The position numbers were made by a program, and so were the translations under genes. Source: Selaginella moellendorffii (taxonomy: Eukaryota > Plantae > Lycopodiophyta). Taken from it: 64,000 bases of DNA. Location of the stretch: NCBI RefSeq assembly GCF_000143415.4, contig NW_003314265.1:3654443-3718442 (forward strand), written 5' to 3'. Positions 60,997 to 64,000 of the stretch are shown piece by piece. The notes beneath the pieces are model-generated. The model was not told the DNA's origin. It did not search any database and saw only the letters and a program-made list of their open reading frames with translations. The first letter of the stretch is position 1. Each line of letters starts with the position of its first letter.

Positions 60997-62099
60997 TGCT
61001 GGTAAGTTTCCTCTCTTCTCCTCCTCTGTTGGCATTTTTCTTGTGGTTTCTCGTTTGCTTTTGGTTTGTTCTTGGTTTTAATTCTGTGAACTTTTGAGTG
61101 TCGTTAGGAACTCTTTGTTTTTCATGTTTCTCAAAACTGTTTGAAGCTACAAGCTCCAGCAATCTGGAGAAGCGCAAGTGATTAAACCGGCTTCTTTTGC
61201 TGGCAGGAGAATCGACCTAGTTCTTTCTCTGTGGACGATGAAGAAGACACATTTTCTAGCCACACTTAATAATCATCAAATTTTTTGTAATGTCTGCTTT
61301 GCGTGAGAGGTGTACCGATTCTCAGAAGTGCATGGTCGTGACGCCAGATGCCGGGTTTGCAAGGAAGAAATGCCTTGTGGACCGAAAGTATAAAGCGCAA
61401 AGCTATGGGAAAACGACGGATTAAGCTCATTGTCTTTTTGCTAGGGGTTGGGCTACATAACTTCGTTCTATGCAAAAAAGAAAAAAGAAACCATGGGTCC
61501 AATTTTTTGCTGGAGGTATCAATTTGCACTGCTACCACTTATGTTCATCTCACTCGCAAAGGTAAAGCTCAAATGTGCTTTAAAAGAGAAGAATAGAACG
61601 AATATCATGTGCAATTGTCCAGAGTTGCGGCTTCTTCTCGCTTACATGCAATCAAACGTATATGTCCTTCAGCTTCCTCTACTCCAAGTGCCTGCCAAAC
61701 CCTCGCGTTTGGACGTACCTCCCGCTTAATCCCCACATTGGGAACGAAAATGGAGTTATGGTGGTAGGGGAGGGCTTTGCCAGAAGTTGCGGAAGATTTG
61801 AGATGGTGGAGATTGAGCAGACTAGCATCAAGATAAGGGGAGTGCTGGGAGCAGTGTGCCGCAACCGCAGTAACGTGCTTCTCACCACAGCATTCGACCT
61901 GGACCAACATGTAGATAATACGGCAGGAAAACTCACTTGGTGCTATTAACATCTGTTATGTTGCTTGAAACTTCTAGGAGCCATAATCACAAGAAAGAGA
62001 TATTGAGTTTTTGCTGACCTCACATTAGATTAATCTACTCCTTTTTGGTGTCAGATTCTTTGTGAAAATATTTCCTGAGCGAGTGTAACCACTGAATTT

Positions 62100-64000
62100 C
62101 CTCATCTGATGATGATGATGATGATGATATAAACATATTTATAATTTTTTATCTTTTTTAAAAAACCAAAGTCTTTTTTATTTTAAATGTAAATAGTTTA
62201 GGTTATAAAGTTAAACTGTTTTCTGCCTTGATATCTAAGTATATTCTACGAGGGGTAGTGGATATACCTATAATATTCTTGGATATTCTAAGATTAGTAT
62301 TCAATAAGATTAATCTTGTGTTTAAAAATTATGAACATATTTATAATTAAAAACTTCCATTTGATTAATTATATTAATAAATAGGAATAACACTACTATT
62401 AAGCAAACCAAGTGTTGATGCACAGAAAATTATTAATTTAGTTTCAATTTTATATTTAGTCTTCAGTTATTACCACCTTTAAGTTTTAAAGTTAAAAATA
62501 ATTAAAATATTTTCTAAAGAAATCATTGCTATTACCTATAATCTATTTTTTAAATAATAACCCACAAGCTTGATGGTGTTTAATTTTTTCTTTTTTTTAG
62601 TTACTGTGCTTTTTGCCATGGTCTGGAAGACACGTGACAAGAGAAACAAGAAACACTCATACAGATTTAATTTGAAGGTCTAGGTAAATGTGCATCTCTT
62701 TTTGCAAACTCTTATATTCAAAAAACAAGAGAACAAACCATCTTTATAGCCTACTCCTTGAAATCAATCTAGAGTGCCTCTTCTCGCTAATATGTCTTCC
62801 TTGCTGATGTACATCTTTGAATTCATGAAATTTCTAGGCTGTAGCATACATGTCCTAAAATTTACAACACAAGTAATTAAACAAGCAAAAGTTCCACCCC
62901 TAGCTTTAGATCAAGCTTACAAAAATGCAACACTTTACAAGCAATCAAACTTGCAAGAAGCTGCTATAGTGAGAAAGCAAGAGAGAACATTGCTCAACAT
63001 TTCTAACAAAGTTGATGAGGCTTAGGCTGCTGGGCAGTGCTTACCTTTCAATCTACAAATTAGTCTCAATCCTTTGAATAGAACCTTTCAAGAAATATAA
63101 TATAGATATTTTTTCCTAATACATATATACATACATACATATATTACTCCCATTACTTCATGCCAAGAGCACAGGCTTTTGGATCGAGCTGAGATGCATT
63201 GTGATGGAGGAAATGCTACTCTTCTCTTTTCACGATACTTTGAAGATCTATTTATTGTTTTTATTTCCTCATTCCCAATCTATTGTCATAGCCATTAATA
63301 AACTATAGTTTTATTTGCTTTCAAAGGTTTTTATTCAGCATCATTATTACATTAGACAACACAGATTTGACAACCTTCTGCAAAGATTTGTTAGCTCATA
63401 TTTTCAAGAAATTGGGGTGAAAATATTTTCCTCCGAAGATTCATAAAGATAAGTAGTTTCTTTGTGGTTGAGATCTAGAAACAAACCAAGAACAAAGATT
63501 TGTGATGGCCAAGTAGTGTCCACACTTTGGACTCACCCCTTCTGGAGCAAACTGACTTATTAGAATTAGAAGGAGTGAATCCTACTTTGTAATCATTGCC
63601 TCAACTAAATTAAACTCATAGACAAGAAGATGCTCAAAAGTAGGCTTGCCAAGTTCATTGTAGAGGTTGTTCATAAGTCTCTCATCAGGAGGGCATATAT
63701 AATTTTTTATGATCACAAACCAAACAATGTGTCATCAAGAAGAGTTGCAGTCTACCATTTAATTTATCTTACTTCTAACACAAGACAATAAGGTTGTTAA
63801 GAGTTCTCTCTTCATTGTTTTCTTAACTAAAGGCATAAGGAGCTCTATGATCTACTGAAGTTCCAAAAAGGCATACTAATTACATCAAGTAACCATTAAG
63901 TAGGCCTTTAGTGTTCTTGCTCATGGTGACCCCCCTTTTCTTGAGTTTAGAGAGGTTTGCAAGCATCATCAGATTGTGAGAATGAGTATGTACCATTATA
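62100..64000. other. AT-rich, CpG-depleted non-coding tract (probable decayed repeats)
   Basis: No credible ORF, few CG dinucleotides, (GAT)n and (TACA)n microsatellites. Confidence 0.5.

Noticed and set aside
61580-61960. Overlapping short ORFs with moderate GC content
   Set aside because: No consistent frame or recognisable family. Possibly a gene fragment, but it cannot be supported.

Overview
Gene-dense plant nuclear DNA with very short (about 50-70 bp) GT-AG introns, GC-rich exons, PLS-type PPR remnants and AT-rich transposon debris at both ends. This organisation suggests a lycophyte, most likely Selaginella (inference; no database was used). About 27 protein-coding genes can be modelled: CDSP32, a TRF4-like polymerase, a GlnT/GmaS-type ligase, DUF220, a HOTHEAD-like GMC oxidoreductase, SFC1, P4H, PBAC5-like, ASDURF-like, DUF177, katanin-like, an MFS transporter, a 2OG dioxygenase, CER1/3, three 7TM genes, an unknown membrane protein, a PPR, a MetX-like hydrolase, MBD8-like, CPP1-like, CHLI, UBC23-like, HAC1 and NDUFB7. 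There is also a tRNA-Gln(CUG) and several pseudogenes. The main observations are: (1) a 65-aa ASDURF-like prefoldin ORF, not reconstructed by the ORF track, apparently spliced into one bicistronic mRNA with DUF177; (2) a bacterial-type gamma-glutamylmethylamide synthetase (GlnT/GmaS) with 11 introns; (3) a tandem array of RGS1-like 7TM proteins with a coiled coil instead of the RGS box; (4) a microbial-type MetX-like hydrolase with a predicted organellar presequence; (5) a CHLI frameshift caused by a 10-bp insertion that is an inverted copy of nearby sequence. Family assignments rest on motif recognition from memory and need profile searches to confirm.
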